Source: Phoronis australis (lineage: Eukaryota > Animalia > Phoronida). From it: a stretch of 64,000 nt of DNA. Positions 51,833-63,250 of this stretch are shown piece by piece. A program made the position numbers and the translations under genes. The notes under the pieces are model-generated. The model searched no databases. It saw nothing but the letters and a program-made list of their open reading frames with translations, and was not told where the DNA came from. Position 1 is the stretch's first letter. Every line of letters begins with the position of its first letter. Location: contig NMRA01000011.1 in the NCBI GenBank assembly GCA_002633005.1, positions 842,855 through 906,854 on the forward strand, read 5' to 3'.

Positions 51833-52025
51833 AAGTGGCGTATATACTGTCATAACTTCCCCCTTTTGTTGTAGTTAGCTTGGTTTTCGGTTGCTGCCCC
51901 CTCTGCCGAGGGCCGCTGTTCATGCGTTTCCCTTCATCATAGTTTGCCTGGGTTTTCCCCGTTCTCATCGGTGCTCCGTAGTAAGAGTCAAGACTGTCAT
52001 CATCGTCATCGCTGTACTTGTGTGA
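51802..52025 (-). CDS. ZC2HC1A: ZC2HC1A exon 9 (SHKYSDDDDD...SPTGNVY)
   Basis: cag| ... |gtaagt; ORF 51798..52043. Confidence 0.85.
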
Positions 52026-52664
52026 CTGAAACACGGGCCACAAAAGAGTTCTTAACTTAAAACAATGTTATATTTAGGAGGGTTTGAAAATCATTCAAGT
52101 TTAGCATTAGTACACGCTAAAGATAACCCCATGAAATTAAATTTCCCAGACCTGACATGTCATTAAATGCCATTACTTGTAATTACTTTTCACTACAGGC
52201 ACTCTTGTCACAAATTAAGTTTGCCCTTAGCTGCCATGACAGGGAAATCTGCTCACTGTTGAACAAGTCAAGAATTGTGAATTAAAAATGGGTCATCCAC
52301 AAAAAAGCCGAGAGACAGTTTGCTCAATTATTAGAATCACTTCCTATGGACATTTAACATTCACAACTGGTGTACAGTCGTTCAAAGATGCATTATAAGC
52401 ATGTGAACGAGACTTGTAATCTGTTCCTCCAGTACTTGTAAGTGAACCTCAGAGAGGCTAGTAAAAATAAGATTCTGTCTAAGGGGACAAATTCTTCCAG
52501 CAATTAGCCATAGGTTCAACGTTTGGAGAATTTCATATCAGCTAACTATTCTAAAAACATCTGTAATAAGGCAACACGACGTTTGTCTCAAGAGACACGT
52601 CTGTAATTATTGGACAGTTTCTAATAACTACCTAGTAACAACAAATTTTGGTCAAAGTGTTTAC

Positions 52665-52768
52665 ATGATATTTTTTCATTCCTGTTGCCATGGAGTTTGT
52701 AGAGGTCTTCTGTAGATTTCTCATCTGATCTTTTGCAGAAGCATAAGGGTCATACCCACCCTTTCGAC
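52665..52768 (-). CDS. ZC2HC1A: ZC2HC1A exon 8 (GRKGGYDPY...MKKYH)
   Basis: tag| ... |gtaaac; phase 1/0. Confidence 0.8.
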
Positions 52769-53416
52769 CTATAAACAGATACAAGATGTTTTGTATGCTA
52801 ACACAGACAGACAGTCTTTCTGCAGTGAACTGGCAACGAGCACCAATGGATGCCTTCACAATAAAGAGATCTAAAACACAAGAGACTGTTGAGCAATACC
52901 ATAAGATATCAAGTCTAAATCTGTTCCAGAGATACATTTTGTGGTGCAAATGACAATGCCTTAGGGACTTACTAAAAATTTTGGAGGCTGGAGTACAAGT
53001 TCCCCATTTTAACAGCAAGTGAGTACTGCTAGGATGAAAAATATCTGCCGAGTTGGAATTCTGTTTATGATCAAAGTTAAGATTACCCAGTTGTCACCAT
53101 GACCCAATAGAGAGAGTTTTGAAACTTTGACCCTATTCAAAGACACACAGTGACAAATTATATGTTAAGCTGAGCTACATCTTAGCACCCCATACTAATC
53201 AGCAGTGAGCCACTTAAATAACAAAGGTCTTCAGATTTCTTGTAGCTTTGAACCCCGCAAACTGTTAATCTAGCACAGCTAACACAACACAGTTCCTGAG
53301 GAAAAGCAGTATCCCTCAGGTGTTAAACGCATCACATATTCATCAGGTACTGGTAACAATTGATATTTAACCTTTCTGTCTCATTCAAAACAGAACACAG
53401 GTTTCTTGTACTTTAC

Positions 53417-53482
53417 CTGTAGAACCATTTGGTTGAGTGCTCCTCGCCCCTGTGACAGGCGACTGTGAGTACCTACTTGAGC
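53417..53482 (-). CDS. ZC2HC1A: ZC2HC1A exon 7 (GSSRYSQSPVTGARSTQPNGST)
   Basis: cag| ... |gtaaag; 66 nt phase 1/1. Confidence 0.75.
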
Positions 53483-54535
53483 CTGTAAACACCGACACAC
53501 AGAGCATCACACCAGGTAAAACTAACACCTATCTAAAAGAACCCTACTCATAACCAGCCACGACAAAGCAAAGTTAAAAGAGGACAATTTTGCAACAGAT
53601 TGTCCCAATCCTTAAAAAGAAAGCAACGCAAAACGACGACACCACTTGGACACTAAAACAGGTGTGTGGCTTGTTACTCATCAACTCAAATTGTATGATA
53701 ATGTATGTGTGAGTGGGACTCTTATTTTGTTGCCCAAAGGAAATGTAGGTCAGTGACCCACACTGACATCATGTATGGTCATGTGTGCCACCAGTCAGTT
53801 TCTTTGCAAGAATGACTGTGTGTTGTGTGTCTGCTTGTCTGCGTGGAACAATATTCCACAGCTTTCCAAGTGACCCAGATGTGCTTCGACAGTGACTAGC
53901 AAAATTGAACAAGAGCAATGCTGGAGCATTGATATGCACCCACGGTGCATCGCATACCATATGTTTCTAAGGGCCACTAGGAGGTGCTGCAGTAGTCAAA
54001 TCAGCTTGAAAATCAAATGATACTGGTGCACTGTTATCATATACCTCTGTGTCAAGTTTCATTCAAATCTGTCAATCAATTCTCTAGATATAATCCGGAA
54101 ACGCTCTTCCACCCAAAACAATGCTTGGAAAGCCCCTTGTTGAGACCAAAATGGCCACTAGGAGGTGCTAACGAAGTCGAATCCACCCCAAATTTAAATG
54201 GTGCCGGTGCATTTATATCGCATACCTTTGTGTCAAGTTTTATTGAAATCAGTCAATCCGTTCTCTAGATATCATCCGGAAACACTCTTCCCCAAAATAA
54301 ACTGAAAAAGCCACACTCCCCTGACCCTAGGAGGCAAGACAGATTGAAATGTGGCATTGAACAGTTCTAGTGATGCCATACGCCCTTGTGCCAAATTTCA
54401 TCAGTCTGACCAGGAGTTTTTGAAATATCAAACAGACATCCGGACAACCAGACAAAGGGATGACAATATGTGACCACATACATGTTTGTGGGTGCATAAA
54501 AATGTTAATGTAAACAGTGTAATAGTGCTGTGAAC

Positions 54536-54688
54536 AGTGGCAGATTTAGAGGAGGAGCCAAGGGCCCCCCCCCTAAAATTCTCCCAGATTCCATTTGGCA
54601 GTTCATGGGTGCGAATGTCAGACCAGCAAAATCCTGGAAAATAATCTGCCCTGGCCTCCCCAACTCAAAATCCTTGATCCGCCCCTGG
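54536..54688. mobile_element. hAT-like MITE
   Basis: TIR cagtggcagat / caggggcggat with C/G-rich subterminal runs. Confidence 0.6.
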
Positions 54689-55203
54689 TGAACACAACTA
54701 CTTTGGGTCACACCAAAAAAAGCAATGATTAGATTGGGATGGGGAAACAGGTAGTGTGCGTAGTGGTGGTCGGTGTTGACAAATACAATGTTGTTTTCAG
54801 TTAATTGAAAAAAAATTGCTGTTTTTGAGGTAGAGTATTATTTTAAGTGTCTGACTATCAAATGCAGAAATGAAAAATAATTAATGTAACTAACAGGATA
54901 ATTATTGTATTCCACGAGGAAATTTGGATGCATATTTAGGAAATTATTTATCCTTTCTTAACAGTACTTGCAGTGTTTGGAAATACTTTGAGAGTGAAGC
55001 TAAGCCAAAGTAAAATATTGGGGTTGAGAGTTTTCCCATTCTAGTCACTTGCTACCCACAATTATGAACAAACTGCTCACAACAAAACAGTAAGACAAAC
55101 AACACAAGTACATGTGACAAGACTTTGAACAAAACTATTGAGCAAATGTAAACAAATAAACACCAGCATCATATGTTACAACAAAAGGTAGAAGAATTGT
55201 TAC

Positions 55204-55321
55204 CTGGTCTTGTGGCAGCATTGTTAGTTTTATTGTCTGAGCCTGAAGGGCGCACTCTGTTTGCACTGGTTGAAGGACTAGGACTGGATTCACCTTTTAA
55301 TTTGGGGCGCGGGGCTTTGTA
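55204..55321 (-). CDS. ZC2HC1A: ZC2HC1A exon 6 (YKAPRPKLK...ATRP)
   Basis: cag| ... |gtaaca; YKxP follows RTQ as in the human protein. Confidence 0.88.
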
Positions 55322-55484
55322 CTGAAAATAAACATCATAGCGGTCATGTCAACTAGTGACTGTGACATGTCTACCAGTGATGTCAGCAAGACTCGCAACA
55401 ATGCATGTATAAAATATATCCATCCGGTAAGATAATAAAAGTCACACACAAACAGAGCAATGAGCAATAACAGAAAGAGTAAGC

Positions 55485-55615
55485 GTAGACCCCCTCCCCA
55501 TGCATAGATCCCCTCCCCATGCATAGACCCCTCCCCATGAGTAGACCTCCTTTCCAGGCGTAGACCCCCTCCCCATGCGCAGACCCCCTCCCCATGCGTA
55601 AACCCCCTCCCCCAA
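55485..55615. repeat. Minisatellite ~19 bp x6-7 (gtagaccccctccccatgc)
   Basis: Direct reading; explains Gly-rich spurious ORFs. Confidence 0.9.
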
Positions 55616-55883
55616 AATGTACAACATGTGCAAGGTAAAGAAATGCATGTACAGGATACAACGAAATATGGCAACAAATCGTCAATAATTAAATTTGTTA
55701 TTTCTTCAAATTTTGCTGTCCCATCCATGAAGAAATTAAAACATTTGTCTAATAATAAAATATGATTTCTAGGAAAAATAGTGTTCTCTTAAATAAAAAA
55801 TTGTTTAAGATTTCATCTCTTTTGACCCGTGCCATGCACTAAGGTTAACACAGTCCAGAGTTCCACATATGCAGTGTGTGTAC

Positions 55884-56032
55884 CTGTGTTCGGACGGTTA
55901 GTTTGTTCTTTGCATTCTTATCAACATTAGGTTTCTTGCCCAGTCTCTGTTGTTGTTCTTTACAGAAAGGAATGTGTCGCTCCGCCGCTGTTTCATTGAA
56001 CCTTCTGCTACAGTGAGGACATTGCACATAAT
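55884..56032 (-). CDS. ZC2HC1A: ZC2HC1A exon 5 (second C2HC finger)
   Basis: cag| ... |gtacac; DYVQCPHCSRRFNETAAERHIPFCKEQ...RTQ. Confidence 0.93.
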
Positions 56033-56512
56033 CTGTAGAATACAAAACCACCAACTACAGTGAGGACGTTGTATATAATCTGTAGAATACAGCACTATCA
56101 ACTACAGCGAGGACGTTGTATATAATCTGTAGAATACAAAACTATCAACTACAGCGAGGATGTTGTATATAAGCTGTAGAATACAAAACCATCACCTACA
56201 GCGAGGACGTTGTATATAATCTGTAGAATACAAAACCATCAACTACAGCGACGACGTTGTATATAACCTGTAGAATACAAAACCATCAACTACAGCGAGG
56301 ACGTTGTATATAATCTGTAGAATACAAAACTATCAACTACAACGAGGACGTTGTATATAATCTGTAGAATACAAAACCATCAACTACAGTGATGACGTTG
56401 TATATAATCTGTAGAATACAAAACCATCAAATATAGCGAGGACGTTGTATAAAATCTGTAGAATATAAAACCACCAACTACAGCGAAGACATTGCACATA
56501 AACTGTAGAGTA
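56008..56512. repeat. Minisatellite 47 bp x11 derived from ZC2HC1A exon 5 acceptor junction
   Basis: Unit starts every 47 bp from 56008 to 56478; first copy is the real exon start. Confidence 0.95.
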
Positions 56513-56887
56513 TCAAATCAGATTCAAACCACATGGTGACTTCTTTCAGATTCACCTAATGTCCCTGGAGAGAGGAGTGAAAAAGATATCTTGACTTTAG
56601 TGACAACATGTTTGTGCTAATACACAGGTCCATATGCACATGAATAATAAATTCTAGGATTCTTTTATGCAATGCAAAATCCTAACTACTTGTGCCACCT
56701 AAGATAATGCAGAATCCAGTGAAAATCACATGACAATGTATTACAAATTAAGTGAAGGCTACAGCTGCAAAAGCCAGTAAAAAGCATGGACAAGACCTCA
56801 GTTTTAAGGGGGCTTACCAAGTACTCTCTAGTGTCATATTAAAAGTCAGTTTAAGAGATGTTATAACTTTGTGCATGAAACACATAC

Positions 56888-57029
56888 CTGGATTAATTGT
56901 TGGTGGCGGAGGTGGTGGCAGTGGTCCCCCCGTCTTCATAGCTTGAGTCACCCCCCTGGCAGCACGGATTGTATTGATGAAGTCTTCATGCTTAGCCTTC
57001 CAACTAGTCTTTTTGTCACTTACAGGGAT
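56888..57029 (-). CDS. ZC2HC1A: ZC2HC1A exon 4 (WKAKHEDFINTIRAA...PPPPPPTINP)
   Basis: tag| ... |gtatgt. Confidence 0.92.
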
Positions 57030-57424
57030 CTAAATAAAACAGACTGAGTCGATTGTAAAATTGAAAATCAAAATAAACAACATACGAAGGTTGGGATAAA
57101 TTTTTCCTAAATACTAGGAATGAAATACTAAGAATGTAACCATATCTATGCTAACAGTGTCTTGATGCTAATATAATGTACTTGGTAATACTCTGATCTG
57201 TTTCTGTCCCCTTCCAAAGTATGATTTCATTTTGCCTTTGTTCAAAAGACTTTTTATAGTGTTCTGACCTACCTAGAAGACACAGCACGGCAGTATCAAT
57301 CTACACTTTCAGCCCTACGAGTGGTAGCCCTACCCACACTGTGTACATTATGAACACAAATACAGAGGATACTAGATCACTTTTAATGGAACAGAAACTA
57401 ATTTCTGGTGTTACTAGAACTAAC

Positions 57425-57553
57425 CTCTTTTTCTTTTTGTGCTTGTCTGGCTTTGGTCAGCGATATATCTGTACCTTGCACTCGCTGTTTAGTAGAATCA
57501 AATACTTTTCGTTTCTTTGCTGCATTCTTTTGACAAATTGGTAAATGCCTATC
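57425..57553 (-). CDS. ZC2HC1A: ZC2HC1A exon 3 (DRHLPICQKNAAKKRKVFDSTKQR...)
   Basis: cag| ... |gttagt; 129 nt phase 0/0. Confidence 0.92.
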
Positions 57554-58285
57554 CTGGAAACACAAATCATGTCAATGTCATGAATACGCAAGTTTGATAC
57601 AATACACAATTTCATCCATCTGGCTCTGAATTATGAGTTAGCGATTGTGAATGAGATATTCCTCAAACTATGTTTAACACTATAGCTCTTTGCAAGACTT
57701 GTAGAACATAGGAATGCGTGCATGCGCAGACTCATAGACAAACCAAATGAATAAGGCTTGCTAAATAATGGCTAGACTAGTTACACTGGAGAAGACTATA
57801 AAAGATCTCAATGTGACCACAGCAAAAATACACCAGGAGCTCAAACATGATTTCTGAACAGCAAAAAACACAGCTTGCATTACATGGGTTTTCAGAAAAG
57901 TAACATGAACCTACTGCGAGCATTATAACTCTGTAAAAACCTTAAATCACCCATGACTTAGAGTGGACAATATATTAAAAAACTTCTTCTGATAAAATAA
58001 AATGGGAGTTGACAAAATAAACCTGAATGAAAGCAATCAAATTCACACATTCTGGATTTACCCAAGCAACAAGTCAACATTGAATGCATGGGACTTGAAT
58101 TAGCTTTTCTTATAGCTCGTCTTCATGCTGACAGAAGCCTTTACTTCCAAACAGCCTGTTGTCGTTGATGATACAATTTTTGCTGTGGCCTGCCTATGGT
58201 TGAAGAAATCACAATGTATTTTTAAATCCGTAAAATAAGAAAATTATGGTCAAGCTGCGAACGCGATACTTCTATGTTTACATAC

Positions 58286-58362
58286 CAATGATTCAGGCAT
58301 AAATTTTCTGCCACAGACAGAGCATGGTTCTAGGCCATCACCCCCGGATGTACTCTGGAAAA
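58286..58362 (-). CDS. ZC2HC1A: ZC2HC1A exon 2 (VFQSTSGGDGLEPCSVCGRKFMPESL)
   Basis: tag| acceptor gives the phase needed by exon 1; |gtatgt donor. Confidence 0.88.
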
Positions 58363-58590
58363 CTAAACAGAAGAACAAGTCAATAGATACTTCTCACAGA
58401 ACTGGATTAATAACCAGTTCAACAAGACTTAACATTATACGAGACATGGCACTGAGCCACTACCAGTACGTGCAACCTTTATCATTTGAGTAGAACACTG
58501 TAATGTACATTGTAAAACAGATGATGACCAAATATTTTAAGGAAAATGATCATCTTTCACAATCTTGTGCTTCACTTTTTGAGCAACACA

Positions 58591-58826
58591 AGAGGAGGCT
58601 GTGTGGCTCAGTGGGATAAGTATCTGCTTCATTTACGCATTAAGACAGTGGACTCGAGTCCCACTGGGGCACACTCGTAGACCCTCAGGTCAGGTCTTAA
58701 GCTCCTCAGCTCAGTTTTAACTATTAATTAAGTACAGGGGGTTCCAGGCGATGAGTGCAATGAGCCCAGTCCTGAGTGGCCTGCGCACGTCTGGCACAAT
58801 GTGTACCAGCCCACCTGCAACTATTT
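58591..58826 (+). mobile_element. tRNA-derived SINE, copy 3
   Basis: A box tggctcagtgg, B-box-like gactcgagtccc, same core and tail as copies 1-2. Confidence 0.8.
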
Positions 58827-59461
58827 CTTCATATTTTGTGCAACTCATGTTAAAATGAACCAAAATTCTGCATCAGTTAAAGCAGCTACAAAACCATGTT
58901 CAGTCTAGGGAGCAAACTTTTGATTTAAACAAGTCACTGCTATAAAATTGGTCTCAACGTGTTCCTTACTTGCATAAAAAGTGAATTCTCAGCTTGCAAA
59001 GAACTGACAGTTCATTATTCCTTTTGAAAGACTATATCACTCGCTCGGCGCAAAAAATGACACGCTGTGACAAGCCAAATTGTTGCATCTAGTCTCAAGC
59101 AATAACAAACTGTCAGTTCATTCTAAGTCTTGAAACCACATCCACTACGACACAGGAACAATTTTAGACCAATTCCATAACGGTAACATGGTCTGAATCA
59201 TAGGAATTGGGTATGAGCGATGGAAGATGCATTTACTGGCACTATAATGGGATACTTTCAAGCACCAATGCGGTGACTCATCACATGGGACCCAATATTA
59301 GTTGGTTAACTAGACAAAAAGGTAATTTCACATTTGTTTAAAATGCGTCTATTATTACAGTAGTAAAAGGTTCTTATAACATGTACATGCTGAGAACAAG
59401 TACAGCCAGGTAGCGATAAGTCACTCTTGACACCATTCCCACGTGCTCAGCTCACATTGCA

Positions 59462-60411
59462 GGCACTAGTCGGATATAATGGACTCTAACTTACTCCAAA
59501 TAAATCCACTAAATGTAGGTCTAAATGAATGATTTTGGTATCGTTGCATTCCTCAGACATCTGGCTATCCGTACAAATCCTTTTCACGACCCTCAATTAC
59601 TCTAGTCTATAACTACGCAGTTCCGAACTCGGTCCACTTTAGCCACGCACATCGTGAAGTTGGCAGCCATTTCAGGGAACTTACTGTATCTAGCGATATC
59701 TATCGGCGATTTGCTACAACACACGCTGTTCCTTTTTCACCAGTCAACGTCATTGGTTGATTTCGTCAATAATTAACGATAATCGTTATTAATCATCGTA
59801 CGTCTGCTCTTGTCATCACCTTCGTCGTCTCTCTCACGATCGTATCTGTCATCATCATGTTATCGTCGCCCATGTTGACTGATGAAAAAGGAACAGAGTG
59901 TGTTGTAGCAAATCGCCGATAGATGGCGCTAGATATAGTAAGTTCCCTGAAATGGCTGCCGATTTCACAATGCGCATGGCTAAAGTGGACCAAGTTCAGA
60001 ATGGCGTAGTTATAGACTAGGGACCCGTTCCAACAAAACTGACTTAGCTAAGACAAATCTTAAATTTTAGTAAATTTTAAAATAAAAGTTAAATTTGTCT
60101 CAAAAACGATTCAGGAAAGGGATCTTAAGTATGACTTAAGTTTTTGACATAAGTTTTGTCTTAATTTCGATTAACTTGCTGACTGTGGAGGTTTCAAAGT
60201 TTGGAAGTTAAGACAAATCTTAAACTTAAGTCAAAAATGAACTTAAGTCAGTTTCTTGGAACAGGCCCTAGAGTAATTGAGGGTCGTGAAAAGGATTTGT
60301 ACGGATAGCCAGATGTCTGAGGAATGCAGCGATACCAAAATCATTCATTTAGACCTACATTTAGTGGATTTATTTGGAATAAGTTAGGGTCCATTACATC
60401 CGACTAGTGCC
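59462..60411. mobile_element. Mutator (MULE)-type foldback element, ~290-bp TIRs
   Basis: Arms 59462-59750 and 59872-60411 (interrupted); 9-bp flanks cacattgca / cacattgcg. Confidence 0.88.
60021..60268. mobile_element. PIF/Harbinger-type MITE nested in the MULE right arm
   Basis: TIR gg(a/g)cc(c/t)gttccaa; 3-bp TAG duplication; left MULE arm shows the empty site (gactagagt). Confidence 0.88.
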
Positions 60412-60827
60412 CACATTGCGCCCTGAAACTTAGTGAAAGTCACCCACTAATGATTAACAGAAAGCTCATTTGGTGCGCAGAATACGTAGATGGTATGGTA
60501 TAATGGTACAAATGCCAGAGTGAAGCATACTCAGTGAAGCCTACATAGTAATACCAACAAGTATAATAACTAATTACAAAACAACGGCTGCCCAAGCAAG
60601 ATAACGCACTATCACCCATGCCAATCGACGACAACGCCTCTGACTCTGAGAAACTCCGATGGCAGAAGAGTACAAGATGATATTTTAATTTACAAAAATA
60701 TGCCCTTATATTCGTAAAATCAGCCAATTTCGCATTCCTCCTAAACGTCCTGTAACGTTATTCTGGATTTCTTAAAACTTTGTAGCAAAAAATAAGGAGA
60801 ACAATGAACAATTGCCAAAACAGTTAC

Positions 60828-60858
60828 CATCTAGACCCCCAGTATCATAATCGCCCAT
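60828..60858 (-). CDS. ZC2HC1A: ZC2HC1A exon 1 (MGDYDTGGLD)
   Basis: aatATGG context, G|gtaact donor phase 1. Confidence 0.7.
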
Positions 60859-62278
60859 ATTGTTTTTGCAACCTTGGCATCTCAACGTAGAATACAGAGT
60901 TTTAGTATGAAAATTGAATTTATCTTAGTTGCAAATTTTAACATATTTTCCATTTTTAGTTACAATATATATTATTATGAAAAGTTTTTGAATTGAAAAC
61001 AGTGGTTTCATAGATATATTGACGGTTCAACAATCCATATATCAAAACATAAGTTTTAACGTTTATGTTTAAAGCACTTCCTGTTGGCGTGTTGCATGTG
61101 AGAGGTTTGTTTACTTCAATATAAAGCTCATTGGTTTACTTTATGTTGTCTCAATGTTAAGGTCACAGAACAATTTTTGACCCTACATAAGGATACTTTG
61201 CAACCAATGTGGAGTATTGAAGGTCTTGACGTTTTCAAACAAGCGCGCATTATGATTTATTTTCCCAGTACAGCGTAGCCTGCCCTTGATTGATGCAAAG
61301 CTGTATATCTGTGTCTGAATGTACAGCTTTGCGCTGGTGGGTAAAAATGACCCCGTAAAATCTGACTCAAGAGACTTTTAAAACTACACTCTTCCTTGAG
61401 TAAACTCAATTATTCACCGGTGTTGGAAAAATTGGCGTTCTACTCTACCGTTATTCTGCTGCTAAAGTTGTGGAATGATCGTTTGCCTCGGCTTTAAGTG
61501 CCATGAAATATTGTGTCACGTATTGGCCACTTTTTGCCGATTCTTCAATCCGTTCTTCTTCCATGAGGTTGCGTACTTGTCACAACTAATTAATCGAAAC
61601 TAATTTTATTTCGTTACGAGCATTTAGTATTTTAGTACCAGCAAACCGGATTTCAGAACAAAAATTTGCTGCTTCGACTGCTGACATCACCTCCCGAAAG
61701 ATGTCACAAAAATTTGGGAAATGGCACGTGAGCCTGTCATGTGTATACTCTTTTCAAAACAACGACTGTCTTCTTTGTTACAGTAGTAGTTATGTTGGAA
61801 TGTAATGTTTATTGTTTATTTACTTAAACGGTTGCAACGGGCAGGGTGAGTGTCGGTTGCCTCACAGATTTTGCATTCACCACTGTCGGTCATTAGCTCT
61901 ACATGTTTCATGAAGATATCAGTTTCACAACAAATTGGCGAGCAGAACTACCCGGGCTGTGTGAAATTTTGGGGTCTAACGAAGCTTAACACACAGTGGT
62001 ACCTAGCTGTATTTTGGCAGTAGTCTTCATACAGCTAGCTGTCCCTATAAGAATTAATGTGTCACTTCGGTCCACTTACGGTGACTTACAGTGGTGTTAA
62101 TGGTAGTGGATGACTGCTGGTATTTGAAAGTACATTTATTTGTTTCAACTTTTCGTCTTCTTTCTATCCATTTGCATATTGCATGAGATTTCCAGAAATT
62201 TTGCATTTCTCTGGGCTTTCCTACTAGTAGCTGCTATGTCAGTTCGGGATCATTGAAGCCAGTTTTGAATCACAAAAT

Positions 62279-63250
62279 TGTTGTGTGTGTGTTTCTGATG
62301 AATCAAGAGCTTCTGTTGTCCACTCGTTAATGGACAATTGCATACGGTATTAGTTGAATGGTTAGCATGCTTAGTGCTGTTTTTATAGGGGTTTTTGGTT
62401 TGATGGTCTCAGCAATTACCAATAAAACCGTCAAGCGTGCTAACTATTCAGCTAATAGGCAATTGCCCGTTAGTGAGTGGCTAACAGAGGCTCATATGAT
62501 CCACCGGAAGCACGACTGCAACATTCCCCCTTTCCTGTGGAAGAGGGCGCGTCCTGGAAGGTAAACGCCAGATTGTATCGCATTCAGGCCATCAACTTCG
62601 TTTGGTATCTTTACCAGTGCAACACAGGAGAACACAAAGTTGTCTCACGAACAGGTTCTCCACTCTGGAACTTTTACCATCACCATACCAGTTGACAATG
62701 CTTCATTGGTAGATCATCTGTCTTGCCAACTATGCCACTTGTAGCAACAGCCAAGAAAACGTGACCCGGGAATCGAGTCAGAGACCCTGATAAAACCGGC
62801 AAATGTGCTAACCATTCAGCTTATAGCAATTGCCCGTTAGCAAGTACCAAACAGATCCTCATATGATCCACCGGAAGCTCGTCTGCAACACTGCAATTGG
62901 CATGGGTGGCAAATGGATGATTTACCATTGAAGCACTCCCAACAAGGTCTCGGCACGGACTTCGGACACGGCGCATGGTATGGACTCAGAACACAATGAG
63001 AGGACATGGGTTAGTGTTGCTGAGGGCAAATTCCAGGTCATTGGGATGTTGCTGAGATCTGCAGCCAGGAGGCAGGCCTGTTTTGTAGGAAAGGGGGGGA
63101 ATGTTGTAGATGTGCATCTAGTGAATCATAAACCTCTTTTACCCACTCACTAATGAACAATTGCCTACTAGCTGAATTCTTTGCACACCTGCCGGCTTTA
63201 TCGGGGTCGCAAGTTCAGTTCCCGGGTCAGGTGATCTTGGCAATTACTAT
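62279..63250 (+). mobile_element. Outer TRIM with tRNA-like LTRs (LTRs ~62279-62420, 63102-63250)
   Basis: Same LTR family as 35527-36397; PPT aggaaaggggggaa directly before tgttgtaga; degenerate PBS at ~62898. Confidence 0.75.
62421..62890 (-). mobile_element. Inner antisense TRIM (LTRs 62740-62890 and truncated 62421-62523)
   Basis: PBS tggcatagttggcaaga (14/17 to tRNA-Ser-type TGGCGTAGTCGGCAGGA); PPT aggaaagggggaa; internal region alignable to 35663-36245. Confidence 0.8.

Larger units (their letters stand above)
49655..60858 (-). other. ZC2HC1A: Zinc finger C2HC domain-containing protein 1A-like gene, 11 exons, 431 aa (426 without microexon)
   Basis: Exons sum to 1296 nt in frame; CSVCGRKF..DRHLPIC, KKRKVFDSTKQR, WKAKHEDFINTIRAA, PPPPPP, DYVQCPHCSRRFNETAAERHIPFC and C-terminal [24 protein letters not shown] match human ZC2HC1A (FAM164A) as I recall it. 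Confidence 0.93.

Noticed and set aside
55297-55728. Gly-rich repetitive ORFs
   Set aside because: Produced by the 19-bp minisatellite.
56008-56512. Regular array resembling CRISPR
   Set aside because: Eukaryotic context, no unique spacers; head-to-tail minisatellite.
58355-58357. CAG acceptor for ZC2HC1A exon 2
   Set aside because: Out of phase with exon 1 (early TGA); TAG 8 nt upstream fits.
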